Origin: Candidatus Saccharimonadota bacterium
Lineage (GTDB): Bacteria; Patescibacteriota; Saccharimonadia; Saccharimonadales; OFTM59
DNA length: 64,000 nt
Direction: 5' to 3'
Assembly (NCBI GenBank): GCA_029260875.1
Contig: JAJDCL010000009.1
Location: 103-64,102, forward strand
The position numbers were made by a program, and so were the translations under genes. The notes under the pieces are model-generated. The model was given only the letters and a program-made list of their open reading frames with translations. It was not told where the DNA came from and did not search any database. Within the stretch, counting starts at the first letter, position 1. Every line of letters starts with the position of its first letter. Below, piece after piece: positions 19,137-27,522 of this stretch.

Positions 19137-19967
19137 TTATATTTTGTCTGCTTGATGTATAACGCGCTGCGGAAACGGTATTTCAATGCTATTTTCGCTA
19201 AATGCTACTTTCAGTCTGGCACGAAACTCTCCTGCTACACCCCACTGTTTGCCAGGTTTGACTTTGCCAAGAGCCTTCACTATAACTGCAGAATCACCGA
19301 ACCCTTCAATGCGAAGAAATTCAAGCGGTTCTATGATCTGATCTTTCCATGCTGGATCGCTAGCCATTTTTTTGGATGTGTTGTTGATTACTTTTTTTAC
19401 TACTTCTATGTCGGAGTCGTAACTTATGCCGATGTCCATATTCACAGCTGACCACTCACATGTGCGATTTGTTATCACATTAACTGTTCCGTTTGGAATA
19501 ATGTGCATATTCCCATCAAGATCCCGTAGCTTTGTAATTCGTAGCGTAATCTTTTCTACAACTCCCGAAACATCACCCAGGGTGATAATATCACCGATAC
19601 GATATTGATTTTCTATAAGTATAAAAAGTCCTGCAACAAAATCTTTAATAGCATTTTGCGCTCCAAGCCCAACCACGACGCCAATTACGCCCGCGCCTGT
19701 TAATAGACCGGCTATGTTAACGTGAAAAATAGTCAACAGACCCACCAGGCCAATAACCCAAACCAGTATGGTAAGTGCTGTGCCAATAATACTAATGAGG
19801 GTTTCTGCGCGTTTTTGCTCCGCAAACATACTCTCAAATTTATGAGTCCGAATGGCGCGCCATACAACACTCGCTAAAAAGTGCTTAATAATAAATCTTG
19901 CAACAATAAGCGAAAAAGCCAAAAGCGCTATTTGACCTATTTCGTTTTGTATCTGCGGCAAGCTCAC
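19137..19967 (-). CDS. MscS-family mechanosensitive channel
   Basis: Three TM segments followed by the conserved beta domain (GDIITLGDVSGVVEKITLRITKLRDLDGNMHIIPNG). Confidence 0.85.
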   Translation of the reverse strand: MSLPQIQNEIGQIALLAFSLIVARFIIKHFLASVVWRAIRTHKFESMFAEQKRAETLISIIGTALTILVWVIGLVGLLTIFHVNIAGLLTGAGVIGVVVGLGAQNAIKDFVAGLFILIENQYRIGDIITLGDVSGVVEKITLRITKLRDLDGNMHIIPNGTVNVITNRTCEWSAVNMDIGISYDSDIEVVKKVINNTSKKMASDPAWKDQIIEPLEFLRIEGFGDSAVIVKALGKVKPGKQWGVAGEFRARLKVAFSENSIEIPFPQRVIHQADKI

Positions 19968-20010
19968 TATTTAACCTTAATGCTTTGTACGATGCTGCGC
20001 AAGCTGCCAA

Positions 20011-20550
20011 CTACCTAATATGTATTGCGATAAGCGCAAAACTAATCAGCACAAGCACAGAAGCAAGTGTGTTTGCTAGGGGGATAAGTACGTCGTCGCT
20101 GTTTATCTTGTGATTTAGTAGCGCCTTATTAATAGCAAAAATTGCCCCAACACTTATTAGCAATATTAAAATCAACGACACAGTAACCAAGAACACATAG
20201 GTCACTAAAACTGTTCTTGATATGTCGAAGCCTTGTCGGTATGCAATAAATAGACTCATTGTTGTGACCCCGAAAATACTTATCGGGACACTTATCACTA
20301 AAGATATAAGCAATTTTTTTAGGCGCTGCCGATACAATTGAGGATCACCTATGTGGCCGGCGATCAGCGTAACATAATCACCGGCCATGGCGTTCATGGC
20401 AGGCAGTGCAATAATAAGCGGGGTGAAAGATAGCAGCTGGCTTCGTACCGCCTGGAGACCAAGCCCACCAAAAAGCGCGATAGAAGCTAGCCCTGATGAA
20501 AGTAAAACCGATGCCCAAAACCCCTTGTGAGGGAGCGCAGTACGTATCAT
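20011..20550 (-). CDS. MgtE-like divalent-cation transporter, membrane domain only (179 aa)
   Basis: Five TM segments, with the NSDDVLIPLANTLASVL motif resembling the MgtE/SLC41 D-P-x-x-P-x-x-T-T segment. ATGA overlap with the upstream paralogue. Confidence 0.5.
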   Translation of the reverse strand: MIRTALPHKGFWASVLLSSGLASIALFGGLGLQAVRSQLLSFTPLIIALPAMNAMAGDYVTLIAGHIGDPQLYRQRLKKLLISLVISVPISIFGVTTMSLFIAYRQGFDISRTVLVTYVFLVTVSLILILLISVGAIFAINKALLNHKINSDDVLIPLANTLASVLVLISFALIAIHIR

Positions 20551-21212
20551 GTTAGTACCCTGGACACTACGCCAATCATAAGTAGAACCAGCACGTTAAA
20601 AACCGTGTTTTCAAACGGAGGGATCACGTCGTCTGGGTTCGTGCGTAACCTTCTAGCAATTAGCGTAACAACCATAACAAGAGGCAGCCCCAATAAACCG
20701 GTTAATGCTCCTGCGAACATGGAAAGCCGTAGCGTTTGCATGAAATCTGCACCAAAAATTAGCGCCCCCATTATACCTGCCAGACAGCCCACGAAACCAC
20801 ACGCTATGGTTGTGATTAATATAGACCTACTCACTGCTCTGAAAATAAACCAGACATGGCTATGTTCTTCCGAATCAATGTCGTGGTGCACACTTGCAGC
20901 AAGAACTGCTGAGTTAGACGCCATGAGGTCTACAAGACTAGGGTATAGGATTAGCGTGCTACCAACCAGTAATAATGATTCTCTGTTCTGTTCTACTAAA
21001 ACACTCACAGTGGCCACAACAACAATAGTAAATAACTGACCCCAAATAATTTGTTTTGTGCTGACGTCATGCTGGCGGCGTTTTTGCTCAACGATTGTCC
21101 TCCAATGCCCACTTAACTGTTCGAGCAAACTCAACGGTACTTGATTGACGTCTGTGTAGATCGGCACAGTTTTTGCTTGGTTGTTTTGTGGCAAAGATTC
21201 GGGATCCATCAA
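20547..21212 (-). CDS. MgtE-like divalent-cation transporter, membrane domain only (221 aa)
   Basis: Five TM segments, with NPDDVIPPFENTVFNVL paralogous to the downstream gene. No CBS or N domain. Confidence 0.5.
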   Translation of the reverse strand: MMDPESLPQNNQAKTVPIYTDVNQVPLSLLEQLSGHWRTIVEQKRRQHDVSTKQIIWGQLFTIVVVATVSVLVEQNRESLLLVGSTLILYPSLVDLMASNSAVLAASVHHDIDSEEHSHVWFIFRAVSRSILITTIACGFVGCLAGIMGALIFGADFMQTLRLSMFAGALTGLLGLPLVMVVTLIARRLRTNPDDVIPPFENTVFNVLVLLMIGVVSRVLT

Positions 21213-21221
21213 TAGCTCACT

Positions 21222-22154
21222 TTAATTATCTGGTGTTTCTATTTCAACTTGTACGCGGTGAACGTTCGGAATGTCTTGGTGGACGGCAGCCTTCACAGCG
21301 TCAGTTATCACCTCAATCTCATCTGTAGTGAGCTCATCTTCCAAATGTACTTCCAGTATAACTAGTAATTTTGAAGAACCGACATACATCGTTCGCAGAT
21401 CAAGCACGGCATTGACACCCTTTACACCGAGCGCGCTATTTGTTATGGCGCTGGCAACGGAATCCGAAACAGCACGGCCGACAATCAAGCCCTTAACGTC
21501 ACGGATCAGAAATAGCGACCCAGCCATCATCGCCACCCCGATCACTACCCCGCCGATACCGTCAAACCGCAGATTACCAGTGAAGGTATAGGCGCTTAAG
21601 GCAACGAGCCCGAGAATTGCGGTTGATGTGCCTAGCGCATCAATAAGAAACGTAGCTTTTGTCTCTACCATACCGGAACGCATAAACCGCTTCCACCAAT
21701 GTTCAGTACCAAGTGTTTGATTCATGCGCTTAATGCTCCGCGAAAAGGAGTAGGCGTTTGTGATAAACCCAAACGTTAACATGACCAATGCTAGCCATGT
21801 ATTTTCAATAATCGTCGGAGCAATTAACTGACGATAGCCAAGCACAACCGATAACATGCCGGTGCCTAAGAACATAAAAATGCCTGCAAGCAGTACCCAA
21901 AAAAATATCTCACGTCCGTAGCCGAAAGGGTGTGTCTTATCGCCGGTACGAGCTGATTTATTTACGCCGACAAGCAATATGACCGCCGTCAAACCATCCG
22001 ACAACCCTTGGAGCGATTGTGTCAACATAACGACACTACCAGTCAGCACTGCCACTATAAAATTGAGGGTAACATCCGACAAACTAACAAGTAGCGAGGT
22101 AATTACTACCTTTTTATCGCTCAGATGTTCGCGTTTTATATGCGATTCATTCAT
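21222..22154 (-). CDS. cation diffusion facilitator (CDF) family transporter
   Basis: Six TM segments plus a C-terminal cytoplasmic domain. Overall similarity to CzcD/FieF-type proteins. Confidence 0.8.
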   Translation of the reverse strand: MNESHIKREHLSDKKVVITSLLVSLSDVTLNFIVAVLTGSVVMLTQSLQGLSDGLTAVILLVGVNKSARTGDKTHPFGYGREIFFWVLLAGIFMFLGTGMLSVVLGYRQLIAPTIIENTWLALVMLTFGFITNAYSFSRSIKRMNQTLGTEHWWKRFMRSGMVETKATFLIDALGTSTAILGLVALSAYTFTGNLRFDGIGGVVIGVAMMAGSLFLIRDVKGLIVGRAVSDSVASAITNSALGVKGVNAVLDLRTMYVGSSKLLVILEVHLEDELTTDEIEVITDAVKAAVHQDIPNVHRVQVEIETPDN

Positions 22155-22246
22155 ATTAAGTGATTTTGATTTATTCTGTTCAATTTACTGTTACGGTTAT
22201 TATAACGTATAATCTTAAGCAATAAGAGAGTGGAGGCCTAACGCTT

Positions 22247-22951
22247 ATGGAAGAAAATAATACAGACTACGTACCCAAGGTTAAAGAATCTAGCAATAAA
22301 ACCAATGGACGCGGCAAATCCGTTCTAAGTATTTTGCTGGCTTTGTTTTTTTTGGCAATTATTGGGCTGAGTTTCTTATATATAAATTCGAGACAAAAAA
22401 TCAGCGAACGCAGTAGCGAAATAACATCACTCAAAGCGCGTATTTTGACACTTGAAGCATTGGTCTCTGCAGATGGTACGGACGCCCTAGGAGAATCAGC
22501 TAATTGCGCGGGAGGTTCTGCATATACGGCGGATATCGGCAAGTTTTCGATTGAGCTTGACACCCCTCGGGTTATTATTAGGGATTTGGACGCAGGCTTT
22601 GAAGGTGGTCCGATAACCAGCCTGGAAATTGGAACATGTTTAGCTGATGTGGCAAATGTTGTGGACACGCCACCAACTGCGGAGGTAAAAATACTTGGCC
22701 ATCCGGCAAGTTCATCCTCGGATTTGCGATCAGCATATGAATCGCGTGCAGGCATGGCATTAGCAGCAGACGGAACGATAACCATCGCCGGAGTTACAGC
22801 CAACAAATACACGCTTGACGGACTTTTTCAAACAACGGTTATCTACTTTGACAACGCCGGAATTGGCTACGAAATTGAACTTTCGGACACAAACGACACA
22901 ACCAACGCGATTCTTGCCGACGTAACGAGCGACTGGACATTCACCCCTTAA
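22247..22951 (+). CDS. hypothetical membrane-anchored extracytoplasmic protein (234 aa)
   Basis: N-terminal TM anchor (VLSILLALFFLAIIGLSFLYI) followed by a soluble domain. No known motif. Confidence 0.6.
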   Translation: MEENNTDYVPKVKESSNKTNGRGKSVLSILLALFFLAIIGLSFLYINSRQKISERSSEITSLKARILTLEALVSADGTDALGESANCAGGSAYTADIGKFSIELDTPRVIIRDLDAGFEGGPITSLEIGTCLADVANVVDTPPTAEVKILGHPASSSSDLRSAYESRAGMALAADGTITIAGVTANKYTLDGLFQTTVIYFDNAGIGYEIELSDTNDTTNAILADVTSDWTFTP

Positions 22952-22953
22952 TT

Positions 22954-23433
22954 TCAGGCAGCTTGATTAAAAAAACTCTTTGCTGTATTGGCTACAAATT
23001 CACTGGCATTTTTGATGTCGTTGCCAGGTCGTAGCGGCAAAGGCTTCTTTTGAACCGAACTACGAAGTACTGTGAGCCCGTCTTCCTGCCGTTCTGACCA
23101 AAAACGAAGCTTTGCGTTGCTGCTTAAATTATGCAAGCCAATTCCAATGAGCATGTTGCCATGCAATGTCGGCTGGCAAACAACCCTACTCTCAAATCCC
23201 TGAGCCCATGAGGGCATGTGTGAATAAATCGCAACTGCGCTAGGGTCATTCGTGTGTCTTTGGGGCAATTTCCCCCCTTCTTCGTAACTAGCGACAGCTA
23301 ATCTGCCCAGTGTATGTTCTGTACTATCAGGGTCGCAATTTGGCACAAACTCGCGACTGAGCGCCATAAAAAAATATGGATTCACCAGTAACTCGCCACT
23401 TTTCATCTCCAATATAATAACATAAAATCGCAA
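22954..23433 (-). CDS. hypothetical protein (up to 159 aa; start uncertain, TTG 23433 or ATG 23406)
   Basis: ORF only; no motif. Confidence 0.45.
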   Translation of the reverse strand: MRFYVIILEMKSGELLVNPYFFMALSREFVPNCDPDSTEHTLGRLAVASYEEGGKLPQRHTNDPSAVAIYSHMPSWAQGFESRVVCQPTLHGNMLIGIGLHNLSSNAKLRFWSERQEDGLTVLRSSVQKKPLPLRPGNDIKNASEFVANTAKSFFNQAA

Positions 23434-23733
23434 ACAAGCAAAACCTATAATTTAAAATATGAAATACTCAATAGGTAACGCGCCGCTCCGTTACCCTTGA
23501 TATGCTGAAATTAACGGATGTAAAGCAAAACGAGCTTTCCTTAAAAACATTAAATACTGCCATATAGTAGAAACTTTGTTCAAAACACAAAAATGGTAAA
23601 GCTTTGAGCGCAGGCCTTGGCGTTGACCGTGCTGGGGTAGATCATTTCGTCTTGCGGTTGCGCCTCATCCTCAAACTAGGCGTAACGGTCCAAAATATTG
23701 GCTAAGCGTATGGGTCCGCTACCTCTTCTTGTT

Positions 23734-24456
23734 TTACATTGACATCTCGGTATCTATAAGCCGATAAACTAAGAACGTTGCTAATCCGGATCCGCTTTTA
23801 CGAGACTCCACCAATTTAAGCGTTGTGTTATTCTCCTTAGCCAATCCCTCAATAAGTTCCAGCGAGCTAAAATCTGCCCATGCAAGGTAAGCTGTGCCCT
23901 TCGGATTAAGGTGTTTCTTGTATGTAGCGAAAAACCTCTTGATTGTAGCGTTATCCTCGTCCCAGAAACAAATCTCCGTTTTGTCGGCTGGCTTCTTGGC
24001 TGTATATGGAGGATTAATGGCTATTATGTCAAAGGTCATATTATCAACAGGCTCAAACAAGGACCCCACTCTTGCGTCTACTTGGCCTAGCCCTAGCTTT
24101 TTGGCATTGAACTTTGCATTCTTAACTGCCTCTGGATTTAGGTCTACGGCTACAACCTTATTTGCTCCTGACAGTGCCATCTTAACCGCTACTATCCCGG
24201 TACCAGTACACAAGTCCAGAACTGTTTTATTTGTCGGATCTCCAATTGCACTGCACATAAGTTCGCTATCAATGCCGCCAGGGTATACTTTTGGCAATAC
24301 GGTTATATTAACGCCTGCTAGGCGCTTCTCAAAGGGTTCCGTGCGAGCTTTCATCTCCGCTATTTCTTTAGCTTGAGTGTCTAAATGATGTTGCGCTAAC
24401 TCTTCTTCATTGAAAGACATGAGTCTACTTTCTTCGTGCTGCATCTGGCTGAGCAT
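23734..24456 (-). CDS. class I SAM-dependent methyltransferase with an NPPY motif (HemK/Mtq2/RsmC-like small MTase)
   Basis: Motif I VLDLCTGTGIVAV and motif IV IAINPPY. The VYPGGIDSELM segment resembles Mtq2/HemK. Only ~85 aa follow NPPY, so there is no room for a DNA target-recognition domain. Confidence 0.75.
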   Translation of the reverse strand: MLSQMQHEESRLMSFNEEELAQHHLDTQAKEIAEMKARTEPFEKRLAGVNITVLPKVYPGGIDSELMCSAIGDPTNKTVLDLCTGTGIVAVKMALSGANKVVAVDLNPEAVKNAKFNAKKLGLGQVDARVGSLFEPVDNMTFDIIAINPPYTAKKPADKTEICFWDEDNATIKRFFATYKKHLNPKGTAYLAWADFSSLELIEGLAKENNTTLKLVESRKSGSGLATFLVYRLIDTEMSM

Positions 24457-24492
24457 GACGGTCTAGAACCCAATAAGGGAGATTGACGGTGT

Positions 24493-25176
24493 CTATTTGC
24501 TATACCATTTCTTGCGTGCTTCAAGATACTTTTGACGCATTTCTTTGGACTTATGGCTGTCATTCGACAGTTTATAGATCAGATCTTGGGTAGACAGTAC
24601 ATAATTATCGTTCTGATCGACGTAGTGTGGCTTATTCCATCTTTGAAAGCCCAATAAGAATAGTACCTCAGCAAGTGAGTTTAGGATTTCTCGGATCTTT
24701 CCGTCCCCAGGTGCTTGTGAACTGTTTCGTTTACTTAGTTTCACAAAATGTGCAAGATTATGCCTTAAATCATGCATCATCTCTAGATTACCCGCCTCAT
24801 TTTTTAGAAGAGTCTCGAAGTTTTGGATAGCTGACTTTTTTCTTGTCATTCGCGTACCATCGTATAAGTACCGTGCAAGACTGCCATGTTCATATTTTCT
24901 AGGTATTATTTTCAGTTTTGATTCATCCCAATACCCTCCAATGAATCCATCGAGCTCAATATAAAAAGCCTGAGTCATTGATTCTAAGCTAGTACCCAAG
25001 AAGGCACCGTAGTCTCCCCATTCATACAGGACACTTTGATAGTACTTAGCTGTTTCTGCATCTACTGCTTTATTCGTGTGTAGGCGCAATTCAGACATTA
25101 CTGAATAGAGCCGCATTAGTTTTAGGTACCTTAGCGTCAGTTCATGGTATCGTTTTGTCTTTGCAATGGTGGGCAT
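24493..25176 (-). CDS. hypothetical protein (227 aa) with an Rx4H motif, candidate HEPN-like domain
   Basis: LRHNLAHF (R138...H143; nt 24748-24765) fits the HEPN Rx4-6H signature. The protein looks mostly helical. No other motif. Confidence 0.4.
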   Translation of the reverse strand: MPTIAKTKRYHELTLRYLKLMRLYSVMSELRLHTNKAVDAETAKYYQSVLYEWGDYGAFLGTSLESMTQAFYIELDGFIGGYWDESKLKIIPRKYEHGSLARYLYDGTRMTRKKSAIQNFETLLKNEAGNLEMMHDLRHNLAHFVKLSKRNSSQAPGDGKIREILNSLAEVLFLLGFQRWNKPHYVDQNDNYVLSTQDLIYKLSNDSHKSKEMRQKYLEARKKWYSK

Positions 25177-25224
25177 ATCTGCATTGATTGTAACAGTTCT
25201 AGATGAGACAAATGAGACACATAA

Positions 25225-25461
25225 AAAATATGCGACAAGCTTATCACCGATCTTACAGAATTAGAACCGGGGTTGCGGAGCGCAATTGAAAAGTTCACCC
25301 TAATGATGAAAGCTACCCATAAAGGTTATGGTAAAAAGAACCTAATAGCTGGTTATGTCAAATACGTACTCCAAGAAGGCTCGGAGTTTGAGAAAACTCG
25401 GTTGATAAGGAACCTTAATATAAAACTAGCACTTCAAAATAAAAAACTCATTAGTCTATGA
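25225..25461 (+). pseudogene. probable C-terminal remnant of a recombinase-type gene
   Basis: The frame is open only from 25225, with no plausible start or SD. The tail ...EGSEFEKTRLIRNLNIKLALQNKKLISL resembles, from memory, C-termini of CPR serine recombinases. It overlaps the helicase stop by 6 nt. Confidence 0.3.
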
Positions 25462-27210
25462 GTTGTGTACACTTGCAGCATTGACTCTGCGCTCTTCCAG
25501 GTATGGACTGAGCCAATCCGTGAATATGCTTGGTTGAAGCAAACTAAGCCCAAAACGATCACAAGATAGGAGATGACACTCTTTCCTAGTTCTTGTAAGG
25601 GCTACGATTAATTGACAAACTTCTTCGTTTTTTGGCTCATGATTATTGCGCGGAAAGTGGCCGTTGTTTAGACCAACGACAAACACGTAATCTGCTTGTA
25701 AGCCCTTCGATCCAAGTAAAGAGGTAACTAGTATAGAAGGTTTGGAGGTGTCAGGGGCTTCTGTTTCTAATTGCTCCATCGCATCATCTAGTAGAGTTTC
25801 CATATCAAGGGACTCGATGTCATCAAGAGCTCCAAACTCTTCTCTTAAGTGGTTGATATTCAGCTCAGTAGCATCCTCCACTTTGCTAATCTCATCTACG
25901 CTCATTTCAGCTCCCTCCGACAATTTACGTAGGGCTTCTACTATTTCTCGTTGCGTTATGGCGTAATTCTCATCAACGAGGCCACTTAACTCAGTGCCAT
26001 CATTTATTGCTGTCTCAACCCAGCTCTGCCAACCATTTGGTTTATGGCAGTAAATTAAGATTCTCCATCCCAGCCGTGAAGTTTCATTCCTCATAAGTAG
26101 TCGATAACCATCAAGCGGCTCTATAGACTGTTCTTCGCTTACCTTTCTAGATAAGTTAACAAAACCTTCTTCAAGCAAGAATTCATAGATAGGCTTTGTA
26201 AATTGCTTTGGTCCTATAATCAGAACTGTGGGATATCCTTTCTCAAATGACTTTTCTGCGTCTTCTGACGGAATTTCCCTTATGCGTTTGGCAATGTACT
26301 TAGACATGATTGGAGACCGTGTGTTCTGCACAGTACAATGAGCATGAATAATTCTTGGGTATTGGTCGCTCTCACTTCTTTTATCCGGTACGTAGCATAG
26401 GTAAGGTTTAGATACTCTCCCAGCCAACAAACCCCCAGCCGTGGCTTTTTCTACAATGTGGTTTGTCGCCTCAACTATTACTGCAGTGCACCTGGAGCAA
26501 TATGGTAACTCTAGCTTCTTATAAAAAGGATTGTTACATAGTCCACGGATGTAGTTTGCGGATGCATGTTTAAAACCATAAAGCGCTTGGTCATCATCAC
26601 CGACTACAAGGGTTGGAGACTGCTTGGCAACTTCATTGATTAACTCGACCTCAAGTTTGCTAAAATCCTGATATTCATCAACAACGACCTGTTCAAACTT
26701 TGGTACAGATTCTGGCTCTTCCTGCATGTGCAGAAGAACACGATAAACGCCATCCGTATACCCAACTGCATCATAGTAATTCCCGCTACGCACAACCCCA
26801 TCAATAATAGTTCCTGTGGAGTCCAAGTTCATAAGTGCTTTCTCGATATCTTTTGAAGTCGCTGGCTGTGTAGAAATTTTCAGATCTTCTTCGAAAATAT
26901 GATTCATGGCTGGGTAGAAGTGCAAGCGATGACTTAGTCCCGGTATAGCATCGGAATAAAGGATGCTTTTGCAGAAGCCATGGAAGCTGCGGACTGTAGC
27001 CATCTCGCCAATACTTTCTTCGAGATCTTTAACTAAAACAGTTAAAAAAGTAATTGCAAGCGCAGGGCCTTCGATGCGACTCAGGAGCTCCTTATATGTA
27101 TGGGTTTTGCCTGTTCCAGGACCCGCAACAACTACCTTATGCGTTGCAGGGTCATCAAGAATTGCGTTTAAGGCATCGGTGCGGGCTTGCTTGATTTCAT
27201 CGTCTGACAT
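25456..27210 (-). CDS. compact UvrD-like SF1 helicase (584 aa)
   Basis: Motifs AGPGTGKT (I), VVVDEYQDFS (II), VVGDDDQALY (III), GSKGLQADYVFVVG (V) and VALTRTRKECHLL (VI). No nuclease domain. Confidence 0.85.
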   Translation of the reverse strand: MSDDEIKQARTDALNAILDDPATHKVVVAGPGTGKTHTYKELLSRIEGPALAITFLTVLVKDLEESIGEMATVRSFHGFCKSILYSDAIPGLSHRLHFYPAMNHIFEEDLKISTQPATSKDIEKALMNLDSTGTIIDGVVRSGNYYDAVGYTDGVYRVLLHMQEEPESVPKFEQVVVDEYQDFSKLEVELINEVAKQSPTLVVGDDDQALYGFKHASANYIRGLCNNPFYKKLELPYCSRCTAVIVEATNHIVEKATAGGLLAGRVSKPYLCYVPDKRSESDQYPRIIHAHCTVQNTRSPIMSKYIAKRIREIPSEDAEKSFEKGYPTVLIIGPKQFTKPIYEFLLEEGFVNLSRKVSEEQSIEPLDGYRLLMRNETSRLGWRILIYCHKPNGWQSWVETAINDGTELSGLVDENYAITQREIVEALRKLSEGAEMSVDEISKVEDATELNINHLREEFGALDDIESLDMETLLDDAMEQLETEAPDTSKPSILVTSLLGSKGLQADYVFVVGLNNGHFPRNNHEPKNEEVCQLIVALTRTRKECHLLSCDRFGLSLLQPSIFTDWLSPYLEERRVNAASVHNS

Positions 27211-27261
27211 TTCATTGCTTCAATCTTGACTAAGCACTACGGTCACCTTTGGTGATCATCG

Positions 27262-27336
27262 TGGCTGGGGCGGTAGGATTCGAACCTACGAATGCCAGTA
27301 CCAAAAACTGGTGCCTTACCACTTGGCCACGCCCCA
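27262..27336 (-). tRNA. tRNA-Gln (anticodon UUG), CCA encoded
   Basis: The reverse complement is UGGGGCGUGGCCAAGUGGUAAGGCACCAGUUUUUGGUACUGGCAUUCGUAGGUUCGAAUCCUACCGCCCCAGCCA, which is near-colinear with E. coli tRNA-Gln. Confidence 0.95.
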
Positions 27337-27424
27337 TCGTTACAGCGAATTGTGCTGCTACCGTATTGCCGATAAAACAAGTTTGCTCGGCAATATTAGT
27401 AACTTCACAAAACCTGCTCCTCTC

Positions 27425-27450
27425 AAACTTGTGAATCGTCCTACAAGTTT
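27425..27450. promoter_or_regulatory. perfect 8-bp inverted repeat (possible operator) upstream of the M15 peptidase gene
   Basis: AAACTTGT gaatcgtcct ACAAGTTT. No flanking U-tract on either strand. Confidence 0.3.
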
Positions 27451-27522
27451 AGAACAGACCGAGAACAGATGAATTTTACCTTACAGAGAACATTAGAGCA
27501 ACGTGAGTTATACTGAAACCAT

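Noticed and set aside
19011-19451. 146-aa plus-strand ORF.
   Set aside because: Antisense to the well-supported MscS gene and to small ORF B. The composition is implausible (Cys/Phe/Tyr-rich).
23625-23655. Possible attR-like partial repeat of the tRNA-Gln 3' end (CGTGCTGGGGTAGATCATTTCG versus CGTGGCTGGGGCGGTAGGATTCG).
   Set aside because: Only a 7-nt exact core (GCTGGGG) plus gapped matches, which is well within chance. I cannot define island borders from it.
27249-27434. 61-aa plus-strand ORF.
   Set aside because: It lies antisense across tRNA-Gln and is an artefact of the tRNA sequence.
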